Sequence record: NC_041994.1
Strand: one strand, 5' to 3'
DNA length: 64,000 nt
Position 1 is the first letter of the stretch. Every line of letters begins with the position of its first letter. Below, piece by piece: positions 45,523-54,518 of the stretch. The notes beneath the pieces are model-generated. The model had not been told where the DNA came from. It saw only the letters and a list, made by a program, of their open reading frames with translations, and made no database searches. A program made the translations under genes and the position numbers.

Positions 45523-47739
45523 ATGGAAAACATCAAGCAACTCTTTGACAAACGTGCGAACGTTTCCAAAGGCTTCACTGTACAGGCTCTGGTTAAGGAC
45601 CTGGAAGACAACATCAAAGGCGCCGGTTCGACCCTGCGTATCAACGAAGCGATCGCTGAACGCGTATCCAACGAAGAATTCGGCAGCGCCGACGTTTCTG
45701 ACAAAATGCAGAACGTCTACGAAGAACTGGACCGTGCCCTGAGCACCCTGAGCTTCGAACACTTCAACGCCGACCGTAAGGGCGACGCTGGCCGTGTTGG
45801 CGAGAACATGAAAGCCGCTGCTGCCATGGGTCTGTTCGGCGCGTCCAACGAAACCGCTTACAAGAAGGCGCTGATGGCGTCGACTCGTTCGCTGACTTCC
45901 AGCGATGCCAACATCATCACCGTTCGTGGCAACATGGTCGGCGCTCACGGCAGCATCCCTGCTTTCGGCGAAAACGTTTCCCTGGAAAACTACAACGAGA
46001 AGTCCAGCCGTGACTTCCGTGTCGTGACCGCGGCTTACAACCTGACCTCTTCGCGTCAGGATGCGTTCGCTGAAGCGATCTACCGCACCACCCTGGTTAA
46101 CGCCCAAGAAGGCGGCGCCGTTCAGATCGTGCCATACGTGGCGCTGCTGAAAGACGTGTACCACAAAACCACCGGTGCGAAGTGGGACACCAAGGAAATC
46201 AACGTTGTCGATGCGTACCGCGACCCGTCGATCCTGGACCAAGGCGCTACCCTGCTGTTCCCGGCCGTTCAAGCTGGCAACCAGCAGCACTTCGTCGCTG
46301 CGGCTGACGTTGCTGTTGAACCGAAAACCGACGAGCGTGGCCACACCTACAACACCGCTCCTCTGAAGTTCGGCGCCAAGTTCGACCTGATCGGTATCTC
46401 GAACTTCAACGCCCTGGTTGCTGGCGGCGTGCTGGACCTGTCCGACACCCTGGACCCAGCCGGTTCGATGAAGAACCTGTACATCAAGGTTGCTGGTAAC
46501 GGCACCGAGACTGCTCAGGTCATCAAGTTCAAGACCGACAAGCTGCAAACCGCCACCTTCGTTCCGAAGCTGATCGGCGACACCCGCGGCATCGCGGTTT
46601 CCTTCGAAACCGAGAAGCTGAAGATCCACGGTCTGACCCGTGGTGTGGGTGGTGCAAGCCTGGAAGCGATCGACAGCCTGGCTGCTGCAAAATACAGCCT
46701 GTTGCTGAGCATCAAAGTCGACGGTACCATCTCGGTATCCCGCGGCAGCTGCCAGTTCATCTCCGGCCCGGTTACCGTTGAAGGTATCCGCGACGAAGAC
46801 GGCGAAGTGATCGACCACACCACTGGTGCTGGCGCGGCCATCGTTGCCAAGCTGGGTGCACTGACCGCTCTGGGTTACGACCTCGACGCTCGCTTCACCA
46901 ACACCAACAAACGTAAACGCGGCCAGCTGATCCAGACCCGTGCGGTGCAATTCCGCTACCCAATCTGGATGCACTCCCCTGTTACCCTGCCACTGTCCGT
47001 AATGGACGAGCAAGGTCCAGGCGAAGTAGCCAAGGCCCTGACCGTAGTGACCGACATCCGTAACAGCGCCAACGCCGTTACCGCTGCTCTGAACTACGTG
47101 GCACAGCTGAAAGAAGTGGTCGGCGATTCCGCTGCCATCGCCGAGTTCGGCGACGTAGAAGGCGCACTGAGCATCATGATGCGTCCTACCTACCGCTACT
47201 TCAAGCTGGACCTGACCGGCCGTCTGGATACCATCCGCTCCGGCGACCGCTGGAACGACGTGACCAGCGCCATCCTCAACACCATCAAGGCCCTGCTGTT
47301 CCCGGCCTACCGTGATTCGAACATCGAATCCGTGTTCCAGGTGGTATCGGGCAACATCGACGAGAAGCCGAAGTTCCTGATCGCAACCGATCGCGAGATC
47401 GCGAACTACCTGATCGAAGTCGGCGACAACCGTACCCTGGGTGCATACCTGAAGTACGACGTTGTTGCGACCAACAACAAAGACATGGACGGCAAGATCC
47501 TGGTCCTGCCGACCCGCGAGAACCCATCCGAAAACGACGTACTGTCGTGGGGTCAGTTCTTCTTCGTACCTACCATCGTCGGCGACATGCCGATCGCTCG
47601 CGACGGCCAGACCTCGCGCGAAATCACCGCGGTTCCATTCAACCGCCACGTCAACAACATCCCGTTCGCGATCGAGATCGACGTTACCGGTCTGCGCGAT
47701 GTGATGACCAGCTCCATGTACAACGCTATCCTGGCCTGA
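45523..47739 (+). CDS. Major capsid protein (phiKZ gp120-like)
   Basis: 738 aa, extreme codon bias, VSLENY maturation site followed by typical ..DFR...AYNL..SRQD.FAE motif; synteny. Confidence 0.9.
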   Translation: MENIKQLFDKRANVSKGFTVQALVKDLEDNIKGAGSTLRINEAIAERVSNEEFGSADVSDKMQNVYEELDRALSTLSFEHFNADRKGDAGRVGENMKAAAAMGLFGASNETAYKKALMASTRSLTSSDANIITVRGNMVGAHGSIPAFGENVSLENYNEKSSRDFRVVTAAYNLTSSRQDAFAEAIYRTTLVNAQEGGAVQIVPYVALLKDVYHKTTGAKWDTKEINVVDAYRDPSILDQGATLLFPAVQAGNQQHFVAAADVAVEPKTDERGHTYNTAPLKFGAKFDLIGISNFNALVAGGVLDLSDTLDPAGSMKNLYIKVAGNGTETAQVIKFKTDKLQTATFVPKLIGDTRGIAVSFETEKLKIHGLTRGVGGASLEAIDSLAAAKYSLLLSIKVDGTISVSRGSCQFISGPVTVEGIRDEDGEVIDHTTGAGAAIVAKLGALTALGYDLDARFTNTNKRKRGQLIQTRAVQFRYPIWMHSPVTLPLSVMDEQGPGEVAKALTVVTDIRNSANAVTAALNYVAQLKEVVGDSAAIAEFGDVEGALSIMMRPTYRYFKLDLTGRLDTIRSGDRWNDVTSAILNTIKALLFPAYRDSNIESVFQVVSGNIDEKPKFLIATDREIANYLIEVGDNRTLGAYLKYDVVATNNKDMDGKILVLPTRENPSENDVLSWGQFFFVPTIVGDMPIARDGQTSREITAVPFNRHVNNIPFAIEIDVTGLRDVMTSSMYNAILA

Positions 47740-47743
47740 CTGC

Positions 47744-47823
47744 CGGCGGCGCCTTCTTCGAGGAAATTCGAGGACGGAAGCCTTCGGTCTACTGAAGGGG
47801 GCGTGCCGAGGACGCTGGAAAGC
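47744..47823 (+). ncRNA. Putative structured 3'-UTR element of the capsid mRNA
   Basis: 47744-59 pairs with 47794-808 (15 bp, one bulge), enclosing an inner hairpin; followed by GCT-GGAA-AGC with a GNRA loop. Folded by eye. Confidence 0.35.
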
Positions 47824-47831
47824 TAGCAACA

Positions 47832-47871
47832 ACATAAAGCCCAGCCCAGCAATGCGCTGGGCTTTATGCCG
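47832..47871. terminator. Hairpin-family member
   Basis: ACATAAAGCCCAGC...GCTGGGCTTTATGCCG. Confidence 0.75.
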
Positions 47872-47948
47872 TGTTCCAAATATCTAGGAATATATATCAT
47901 ACCCGTGACCCTCTGCCTGTAAACGGCATCAACTTAAGGATCGCTCAG

Positions 47949-48395
47949 ATGAAATTCTTCCTTAATGTAGTGGCTGTCTATCAGGCAGTTAGATTCGTGG
48001 CATTATTATGCCGTGAAGCGCAACAGATCGAACAACAAACAGCTCTTTCGGAATCCCCAGCCGAAGTTGCTCCAGTTGTCGATAGTGGCAATCTGGAATT
48101 GGCTGAAAAAGAAAATACTCTGGACTCTAATAAAGTAGGTGTCAGCGTGTTGGCTGGCTCTATACCTGTTAGCGATGCGCCTGGTTTTATTCCGGCAGCT
48201 GTCGAGGAGACTGATCCTCGAAAATTCACAGGGCGAATCGGAGTCGATCGAGACTGCTCCGCCGGTTCGCCTCCTGTGGAGCAGCAGCGTGGAAAAAAGA
48301 AACATAGGCCGGGCAAGAAGCGGCCGCGTTTTCGTGAGACGCTCCCCCGATTCACCATAGTCGAACCGACGTTGGTGAACGTTGAGTTTCGTTAA
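47949..48395 (+). CDS. Orphan protein: hydrophobic N-terminus, basic C-terminus
   Basis: TAAGGA SD; preceded by an ATATATATCAT promoter-like tract (about 47890); atypical codon usage. Confidence 0.5.
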   Translation: MKFFLNVVAVYQAVRFVALLCREAQQIEQQTALSESPAEVAPVVDSGNLELAEKENTLDSNKVGVSVLAGSIPVSDAPGFIPAAVEETDPRKFTGRIGVDRDCSAGSPPVEQQRGKKKHRPGKKRPRFRETLPRFTIVEPTLVNVEFR

Positions 48396-48407
48396 CAGGA
48401 TAGAGCT

Positions 48408-49628
48408 ATGAGCCGTGACCTAAAGCACCTGTTCGGGTCAGTCGTAGCTGATCCACAGGAAGAGCCTAAAAAGAAGAATCCTAATTGCGCAACGAATGTC
48501 CGCTATGAGTTCTATAGCACGATGCGTAAGAAAGTGTTCTGGCGAGATTCACGTGGGGTTGTGGCTGTCGAAGGTCCTAACTCTGCCACCAGCGGTGAAG
48601 CGTTCTACATCACTGTTGAGTATGATCTACAAACCAACGTCGAGTTGGATGCTCGCGAGCTTTTTGCCGCCTTCAATCTACCGGACAACTCACCGCTGCG
48701 TAAGGAGCTGTATCAGCGCATCAACTCGCTGGCCAACACCGTAAGCTGGAATGCCAACCGGCGCTTTCGCTACACGGTCGCTGTGACGGCTGAGCAGATA
48801 GATGCAGCAGGTGGTGTGGTGTACCTGCGAGACTTCGATCTGATCGTAGGGTACGATCACGTACGTGAGCAAGCCCTGCATCCGTATTCGCAAGAAGGCC
48901 AACTGGCTAGAATGCGTCAACAGATCAACTACGGTAACGAAGGCGCTAACCTTCGTTTTGTGCTGATTGATAACTCAGGTCGGGTTGAACCAGTCTGGTA
49001 TAACAACGGCATTGTGGTAGTCGAAATAAAACCCCAGCGGGATTCCCAGCTGGCGGATGGTCTTTATGTCTTCTATCAATACGGTGAAGGCGAAGAAGTT
49101 CAAGTGGAGTTTCTGCCACTCAAGGACTCTAAGACCAAGTACCATCTCTTTGATACCCGGATGGAAGCCATTAACCTGGGTAAGCTCGACAAGATTATCG
49201 AGCGCATCAAGTACGACAATGAAGCAGATCTGCTGGAGAAGAAACAAGCGTTGGCTGTGCTGGAGAATGACATCCGACGTGAGAAGGCAGATCTGGATCG
49301 TGAGAAGCAACGCATAACAGCAACTCGCGAGGAAGAGGAGCGCCGTCGTAAGGATGAGCAAGCGGAAATAGATGCCAGAGAGCGTCGTTTCCAGGAAGAC
49401 CATGCCAGACAGATGGCTAATATAAAAATGGATCGAGAGCGGTTAGAGTGGGAACGGAACCAGTGGAGCGACCGGCAACGTTTCGACATGGACATGCGAT
49501 CGAAAACACAACGAGACAACAGCGATGCAGTAAAGAACTTCTTTGAGGTATTGAAGATCGGAGTGGGGCTTGTCGGACCACTAATATCCGCGTATCTCCT
49601 TTATAAAGGAGCTACCGGGAAGAAGTAA
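48408..49628 (+). CDS. Conserved protein (phiKZ gp122-like) with long coiled coil and C-terminal TM helix
   Basis: E/R/K-rich helix followed by IGVGLVGPLISAYLLY; synteny. Confidence 0.65.
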   Translation: MSRDLKHLFGSVVADPQEEPKKKNPNCATNVRYEFYSTMRKKVFWRDSRGVVAVEGPNSATSGEAFYITVEYDLQTNVELDARELFAAFNLPDNSPLRKELYQRINSLANTVSWNANRRFRYTVAVTAEQIDAAGGVVYLRDFDLIVGYDHVREQALHPYSQEGQLARMRQQINYGNEGANLRFVLIDNSGRVEPVWYNNGIVVVEIKPQRDSQLADGLYVFYQYGEGEEVQVEFLPLKDSKTKYHLFDTRMEAINLGKLDKIIERIKYDNEADLLEKKQALAVLENDIRREKADLDREKQRITATREEEERRRKDEQAEIDARERRFQEDHARQMANIKMDRERLEWERNQWSDRQRFDMDMRSKTQRDNSDAVKNFFEVLKIGVGLVGPLISAYLLYKGATGKK

Positions 49629-49648
49629 TTTATTGCTGGGGAGCAGAC

Positions 49649-51298
49649 ATGCACGACAAATTGGTTGAGCGTATCATTGGCCGTACGGCACCCTTCACGA
49701 AGACCATTGCTGAGGGGCTCGCCTATGAGCACATGATGGGCAAGTCAATCATTGACGGGAGGGTATCATCAATCAACAACACGATGGCCTACAACGAACG
49801 TGTGATCAAGGTGAACCAGGTTCTGTTTCCACCGGGGTTACATTTCGAAGGAAGCCGGATGTGCACGGCGAACGAGCACTTCGACAAGATCACCCATGAG
49901 TACCAAAGCAAACGCACAGCCAACATCGCTCCTCACTCTACCTACATGGTCGAGTACAACTTCAGCTACGACGCTGGGGATGGTAAAGGGCGTGTGATGC
50001 TGATGCCTCGCTATGTGCTTTTGCCGTTTGTAAGGCCGGGTGGGTTGATGGACCTCAACGGAGCTACCTACGTCATGTCGCCGATCCTGGCAGACATTGG
50101 CTATTCGGTAAGCCGCAACAGTATCTTCGTACCATTCCGTCGTGCGAAGCTCACCTTTAACCGGGTGGACTACCGCTACATGAAAGACGGGAAGCTGGAG
50201 ATCGTTTACATCATCTGGTCTACAGTGCACCAAGAAATGCACAACCGCAAGAACTCTGACCGCAACGATCGACAGCATGTCGAGAGCTGCATGGCGCATT
50301 ACTTCTTCTGTGAGTACGGCGTCAAGGAAGCGTTCAAGCGTTGGGGCAAGGCTGATGTAGAGATCGTGCATCGTTCTCAGCTCAAGGATTACCCGAAGAG
50401 CAAGTTCCATCACTACGAGTCCTGCGTGACCCGTGGTCGTCACCCTGCTGGTGACACGTGCCTGGTCCTGCCGAAAGAGCAGACCTCCAAGTTCACAGAC
50501 ATGCTGGTGGGTGGCTTCTTCTACGTAGCCGATGCCTTCCCAGATCGTTTCGTGAACATGCAGTATGTGGACGGTCGTGCCTTGTGGCGCACCATCCTCG
50601 GCATGATGGTATTCGGTGACTTTGAACACGTCGGGAAACTGACGGAGAACATTGACAACCACATGGTGGGCTTCAACAACTACCTGGATGAGATGACAGC
50701 TGACGACCTCAAGAAGGCCGGCATCCACGTCAGCAACATCTGGGATCTGTTGTTCCACATCATGACCGAGCTCTCGCACCACTTCTACCAAACCAATCGC
50801 GAAGAAACATCCATGTACGGGAAACAATTGACCGTACTGCGATATGCGATGGAAGAGTTCAACAGTGCGATCTCGCTCCTGACATACGGCTTCCAAGGTC
50901 GTCGGGACATCGTGTGGAAAGCCACAGCGATCGAAGACATGCTGAAGAAGTATCTCAAGCTCAATACCTGCGTGCGGTTGTTGACCAGCAAGCACAACGA
51001 GCTGAGTACTGTGAACTACCCAGGGGACAACAAGATCATTCGGATTACTTCGATGATCGTTCCGCAAGACCAAGCACGTGCGGCTAACACGCACAACCGG
51101 GGTTTGATCAATGACTCCAGCCGCTTGCTCGACGCGTCGATTGCTGAAATCGGGCAATATAAGAACCAACCAAAGTCAGCGCCCGATGGACGGGCACGAA
51201 TCGGTACTCACGTGAAGCTGGACAAGGATGGTGTAATCATCCGACGTGATGACTGTCGTGCTCTGATCGACGAAACCCAAAGACGTATTCAACGCTAA
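49649..51298 (+). CDS. Non-virion RNA polymerase beta subunit, N-terminal part (phiKZ gp123-like)
   Basis: YVLLPFVRPGGLMDLNGATYVMSP matches the beta N-terminal 'iPf...g.f.inG..y' region; C-terminal GRARI; position after the capsid gene. Confidence 0.8.
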   Translation: MHDKLVERIIGRTAPFTKTIAEGLAYEHMMGKSIIDGRVSSINNTMAYNERVIKVNQVLFPPGLHFEGSRMCTANEHFDKITHEYQSKRTANIAPHSTYMVEYNFSYDAGDGKGRVMLMPRYVLLPFVRPGGLMDLNGATYVMSPILADIGYSVSRNSIFVPFRRAKLTFNRVDYRYMKDGKLEIVYIIWSTVHQEMHNRKNSDRNDRQHVESCMAHYFFCEYGVKEAFKRWGKADVEIVHRSQLKDYPKSKFHHYESCVTRGRHPAGDTCLVLPKEQTSKFTDMLVGGFFYVADAFPDRFVNMQYVDGRALWRTILGMMVFGDFEHVGKLTENIDNHMVGFNNYLDEMTADDLKKAGIHVSNIWDLLFHIMTELSHHFYQTNREETSMYGKQLTVLRYAMEEFNSAISLLTYGFQGRRDIVWKATAIEDMLKKYLKLNTCVRLLTSKHNELSTVNYPGDNKIIRITSMIVPQDQARAANTHNRGLINDSSRLLDASIAEIGQYKNQPKSAPDGRARIGTHVKLDKDGVIIRRDDCRALIDETQRRIQR

Positions 51299-51319
51299 CA
51301 CGAAGTACGGAGATGTACC

Positions 51320-53425
51320 ATGCAAGTCCAGACCGCAGGCGTAACACTACCAGTCTCACCGACGCAGGTGGATGGTAGCTGTTTCAATCAACAACTACCG
51401 CAGGGTAACGATGCCTGGCCGCAGGTGCAGTTCCCACAAGGAGCTGATACCAACATCGGCAGCTATGCGATCGCCCTGTTCCGTTCCTACGCACAGTCGC
51501 GAGCTCAGAAGTCGAACATTCACTGCTTCTGCTATAACTTGCTGCAACAGAACCGTTTCCAGAATCAGTTCTGGCAAGGCTGGTGTCAGTACGTGGTTGA
51601 CTTTGCTGACTTCCTGCACCGCGGGCAGCAGAACCAACCGAACGCAGCAGCAGACAAAGCCGCAGCGCGTATTTACCAGGCGATGCTCGCCACGGTAGCG
51701 CAGCAGTATCCAGCGGTGAAACAACTGGTAGCGAACGCCGGTGATGCGGCGACGCTCAACGGTCTGAATGATGCGGCCAGTGTGGCCAACAACATTCAGA
51801 ACGACATCAACCAATGGAAGGCCCGCCTGCAAGGTGGTGTCGGCATGGGGGGTGGTGGTATCGGAGTAGGTGTTGGCGTCGGTGTGGGTGGTGGCGTTAG
51901 CCATACTCAACACGTCAATGCCTTTGCTGTGTCTGGTGTTGGTCAGCCAACCAGCAGTGGTTACAACAACCCTACCGGCCCTGCTACAGTGGGCAGCTCG
52001 GGTCTGTTGTTGGGTAGCGATAACGTGGCACCAGCTAAACCTACGTCAAGTTGGCAAGGAGGTGGAACCGTGAACTCGAACATTCAACAGCCGTCGGCTC
52101 AAGGTCTTGCACCTCAGCCTGGCGCAGCCGCTACCCCGATCCAGAAAGCAGCCGCTTCCGATGTGATCGACCATATCCACAACGCACCGATCTCGACTGA
52201 CGATGTCAAAGTCGATCCGAAGTTCTACATTCCGCAAGGCTTCAAGCCGGTAGACGGTCGTCCGTACGACGTGATCCGTAACCCAGGTGGTGTAGAGATC
52301 CGTCCAGCCTACCAAGCGCTCAAAGGCGCCGACAAGGCATCGTGGAAGCGCACCGTCGGTAGCGACAAGCCGTACGCCGCTGTTGTCAATCCAAATACGC
52401 ACATCGTCTTCCTTGCGAAATGGGTCGATGGCATCGTGAAGGAAGTGATCGTGCAAATCGAACCAGAAATGGACTACCTCAAGCATGAGATCAACGAGGA
52501 GCTGCGCCGTAAGGCCATGCGTCCAATCGGGATCTCGGTACCGCTGCCGAAGTATGCCCTGTCTGAAGACACCAGCGTCAAAACGATCGAAGTCACTCGC
52601 CAGGCTCTGGCCGATGGCTTGGTCAAACCAGAACTGCTGAGCCCGGTAGCGCTGGATGGTTACATCACTGGCACCACTGATCTGGAAAACGAAACCATGG
52701 CGCGCAACGCCGTGATCTCTCAACTCGATCTGCCGGCCGATGCACCAGTACCACCGCACGAGTACATCACCGTTTGCATGCATGAACTTCAGATCAGTGA
52801 AGAATGCTTCAACGACCTGTTCGCGTTCGAGAAGTACACCACACCAACTGAAGTTGTGGCTGGTCTGAAAGTGCTGGTTGAATCCGGCAAGCTACCACTG
52901 CGTTACTACACCTTCATCAACGAGCGTCTGACCCGGGCAGTCAATGACTTCCTGGCCGATTCGTTGGCGTTGGAGAAAGTGCGCATCACCGACTACTTCG
53001 CTGACGCCGTCGAGCTGGGTCCATACCTGGCTGCGAAACGTGGCGACGAATACCAGCAGGTCTATCTGGGTAACACCCAGTCGATCGTAGCACGCTGCAT
53101 GTCGGTAGCCAGTGAAGAAACCCCGCCAGACGTCGAAGGTGGTGAACCCATCAAGACCTACGGCATCGTTGATGAATACCTGAACTTCCAACTCGGCCTG
53201 CCGAGCGAAGAACTCTCCACCCTGAACCTGACCAACGAAGCATGCCTGGTTTCCCCAGCCAGCCATCCGAACATGGTCAACGCGCTGCACGCGATGATTG
53301 CACGAGCCAAAGAGCTCGACAATGCTCGCCGCATGCGCATGCGTCTGATCACCAGCGACGGCTTCTACTACATCGTGGTAGTCGGCAAGCTGATCAAGAA
53401 CGCACTGCTGCTCAAGCGCGTCTAA
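51320..53425 (+). CDS. Large conserved hypothetical protein with Gly/Val- and Q/P-rich linker
   Basis: 701 aa, GGAG SD, strong codon bias. Confidence 0.75.
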   Translation: MQVQTAGVTLPVSPTQVDGSCFNQQLPQGNDAWPQVQFPQGADTNIGSYAIALFRSYAQSRAQKSNIHCFCYNLLQQNRFQNQFWQGWCQYVVDFADFLHRGQQNQPNAAADKAAARIYQAMLATVAQQYPAVKQLVANAGDAATLNGLNDAASVANNIQNDINQWKARLQGGVGMGGGGIGVGVGVGVGGGVSHTQHVNAFAVSGVGQPTSSGYNNPTGPATVGSSGLLLGSDNVAPAKPTSSWQGGGTVNSNIQQPSAQGLAPQPGAAATPIQKAAASDVIDHIHNAPISTDDVKVDPKFYIPQGFKPVDGRPYDVIRNPGGVEIRPAYQALKGADKASWKRTVGSDKPYAAVVNPNTHIVFLAKWVDGIVKEVIVQIEPEMDYLKHEINEELRRKAMRPIGISVPLPKYALSEDTSVKTIEVTRQALADGLVKPELLSPVALDGYITGTTDLENETMARNAVISQLDLPADAPVPPHEYITVCMHELQISEECFNDLFAFEKYTTPTEVVAGLKVLVESGKLPLRYYTFINERLTRAVNDFLADSLALEKVRITDYFADAVELGPYLAAKRGDEYQQVYLGNTQSIVARCMSVASEETPPDVEGGEPIKTYGIVDEYLNFQLGLPSEELSTLNLTNEACLVSPASHPNMVNALHAMIARAKELDNARRMRMRLITSDGFYYIVVVGKLIKNALLLKRV

Positions 53426-53488
53426 GCGTTCCGTACGGCATCACTGTCGGTCTGGGCGGTGGTGCCATTAGTGGCTGTTATTAGTCAC

Positions 53489-53523
53489 ACCCCTCCCCCT
53501 AAAAAGGGAGGGGATTTATTCCG
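53489..53523 (+). terminator. Hairpin subfamily B member, preceded by two further hairpins
   Basis: ACCCCTCCC-cctaaaaa-GGGAGGGGATTTATT. Confidence 0.65.
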
Positions 53524-53557
53524 TCCTCTATACCAATCCTTTTAGGAGTAATACAAG

Positions 53558-54460
53558 ATGAACATCAACCAAACCTTTTCCTTTGCAGACCTCGGTAAAA
53601 AGCTTCGCCGTCCATCCAGTATCTTTGCGGATGCACGTAGCTTTGGCTGCCCGATGGCCTACGAAAAACCAGACGGTATCGACTGGTTGTCCAAAGATGA
53701 CGTTATGGGTTTCCTGACCAAGAAGCGTCCTGATCATCCATTGGACAAGTTCATCATGGCTCCACCAGAGCCACGCCATTCACACTTCGCTGGTGGTAGC
53801 GGCTTCGTGGACTTCCCTGATCACTCGGCACTACACCCTATCGAACAGTTCGGTCATGGAGATGGTCAACCGGGTGAGTGGGGTGATATGTATGGTGCCT
53901 GGAGCGCCGAGCACCTCATGGAGGAATACATGAAAACACAAGAAGGCAAAACGCCAGATCCAGTAGAAGCGGTTGAGCAGACTGAAGCCGAAGTGGCTGA
54001 CGTCCTGCAACTGGAAGACGAGCGTGTGCATCAGCTCATCAACACACCTGATCCAGTGCAGCGTGCAGTCGTCCTGCTGCGTTTGCTGGAAGAGGATGTG
54101 TACATGATGGAACGGGTGCAAGGCATTGACATGCTGAACCTTTCAACCGACATCTTGGCTAACGAAAACAGCCATGCCAAATGCGTACTCAACCGAAGCC
54201 GGTCCGAAATCCGTGAAATCATGACTGAGCGACATGTTAGCTTCGTGGAAGCGAAGTTCGACAACAAGCTCAACGCACTGGCTCACACCAGTCACGTCAT
54301 GCTCATTACGCAGCTGCATCGCTGCCGCGAAGTAGATCGTCTGATTGGTCTGTGTACTGCACTGACCCGTATGCAGTACACGTACTGGATCGAAGAAGGT
54401 ACCGGCCATCTGCACCTGCGTCACAAGTCTCACCACAAGTACGGGGCGATCATCGTTTAA
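53558..54460 (+). CDS. Hypothetical protein
   Basis: AGGAG SD; 300 aa. Confidence 0.7.
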   Translation: MNINQTFSFADLGKKLRRPSSIFADARSFGCPMAYEKPDGIDWLSKDDVMGFLTKKRPDHPLDKFIMAPPEPRHSHFAGGSGFVDFPDHSALHPIEQFGHGDGQPGEWGDMYGAWSAEHLMEEYMKTQEGKTPDPVEAVEQTEAEVADVLQLEDERVHQLINTPDPVQRAVVLLRLLEEDVYMMERVQGIDMLNLSTDILANENSHAKCVLNRSRSEIREIMTERHVSFVEAKFDNKLNALAHTSHVMLITQLHRCREVDRLIGLCTALTRMQYTYWIEEGTGHLHLRHKSHHKYGAIIV

Positions 54461-54471
54461 CTCGTCATACT

Positions 54472-54509
54472 CGGCATAAGCCCCTCCCGTCTGGGAGGGG
54501 CTGTATGTC
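54472..54509. terminator. Hairpin-family member between convergent genes
   Basis: CGGCATAAGCCCCTCCC-gtct-GGGAGGGGCTGTATG plus T-tract. Confidence 0.8.
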
Positions 54510-54518
54510 TTTTTCTTT

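Noticed and set aside
47737-47826. Capsid UGA read-through or selenocysteine extension (28 open codons to TAG)
   Set aside because: An open stretch this short is common in GC-rich DNA; codons (AGG, CGG) are unlike the capsid gene's bias; no bacterial SECIS geometry was recognisable.
47740-47826. HDV-like or hammerhead ribozyme
   Set aside because: Superficial motifs (GCCGGC, GCC-UUCUUCG-AGG, CUGA, GAAA, GUC) are present, but the P1/P1.1 and stem I pairings could not be built.
45457-47835. Long antisense/shadow ORFs (also 1330-2904, 5581-6870, 16138-17523, 18127-19698, 19708-21330, 27996-29750, 49838-51169, 58830-61199)
   Set aside because: Each mirrors a recognisable, codon-biased gene on the opposite strand, lacks an SD and reads as V/Q/H/R-rich nonsense; this is the expected artefact of strong codon bias.
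4185-51298. Introns or inteins in RNAP, DNA polymerase or DnaB
   Set aside because: The ORFs are continuous and of expected size, with no homing-endonuclease or intein (C...HN) motifs seen.
51834-51900. GGT/GGC-rich tandem-like stretch
   Set aside because: It encodes a Gly/Val low-complexity linker inside the 701-aa protein and is not an independent DNA repeat.
35142-53557. Shared AGGAGTAAT(A/C) leader before genes at 35156, 35646 and 53558
   Set aside because: Most simply a strong SD with an AT-rich spacer; too short to support a separate element.
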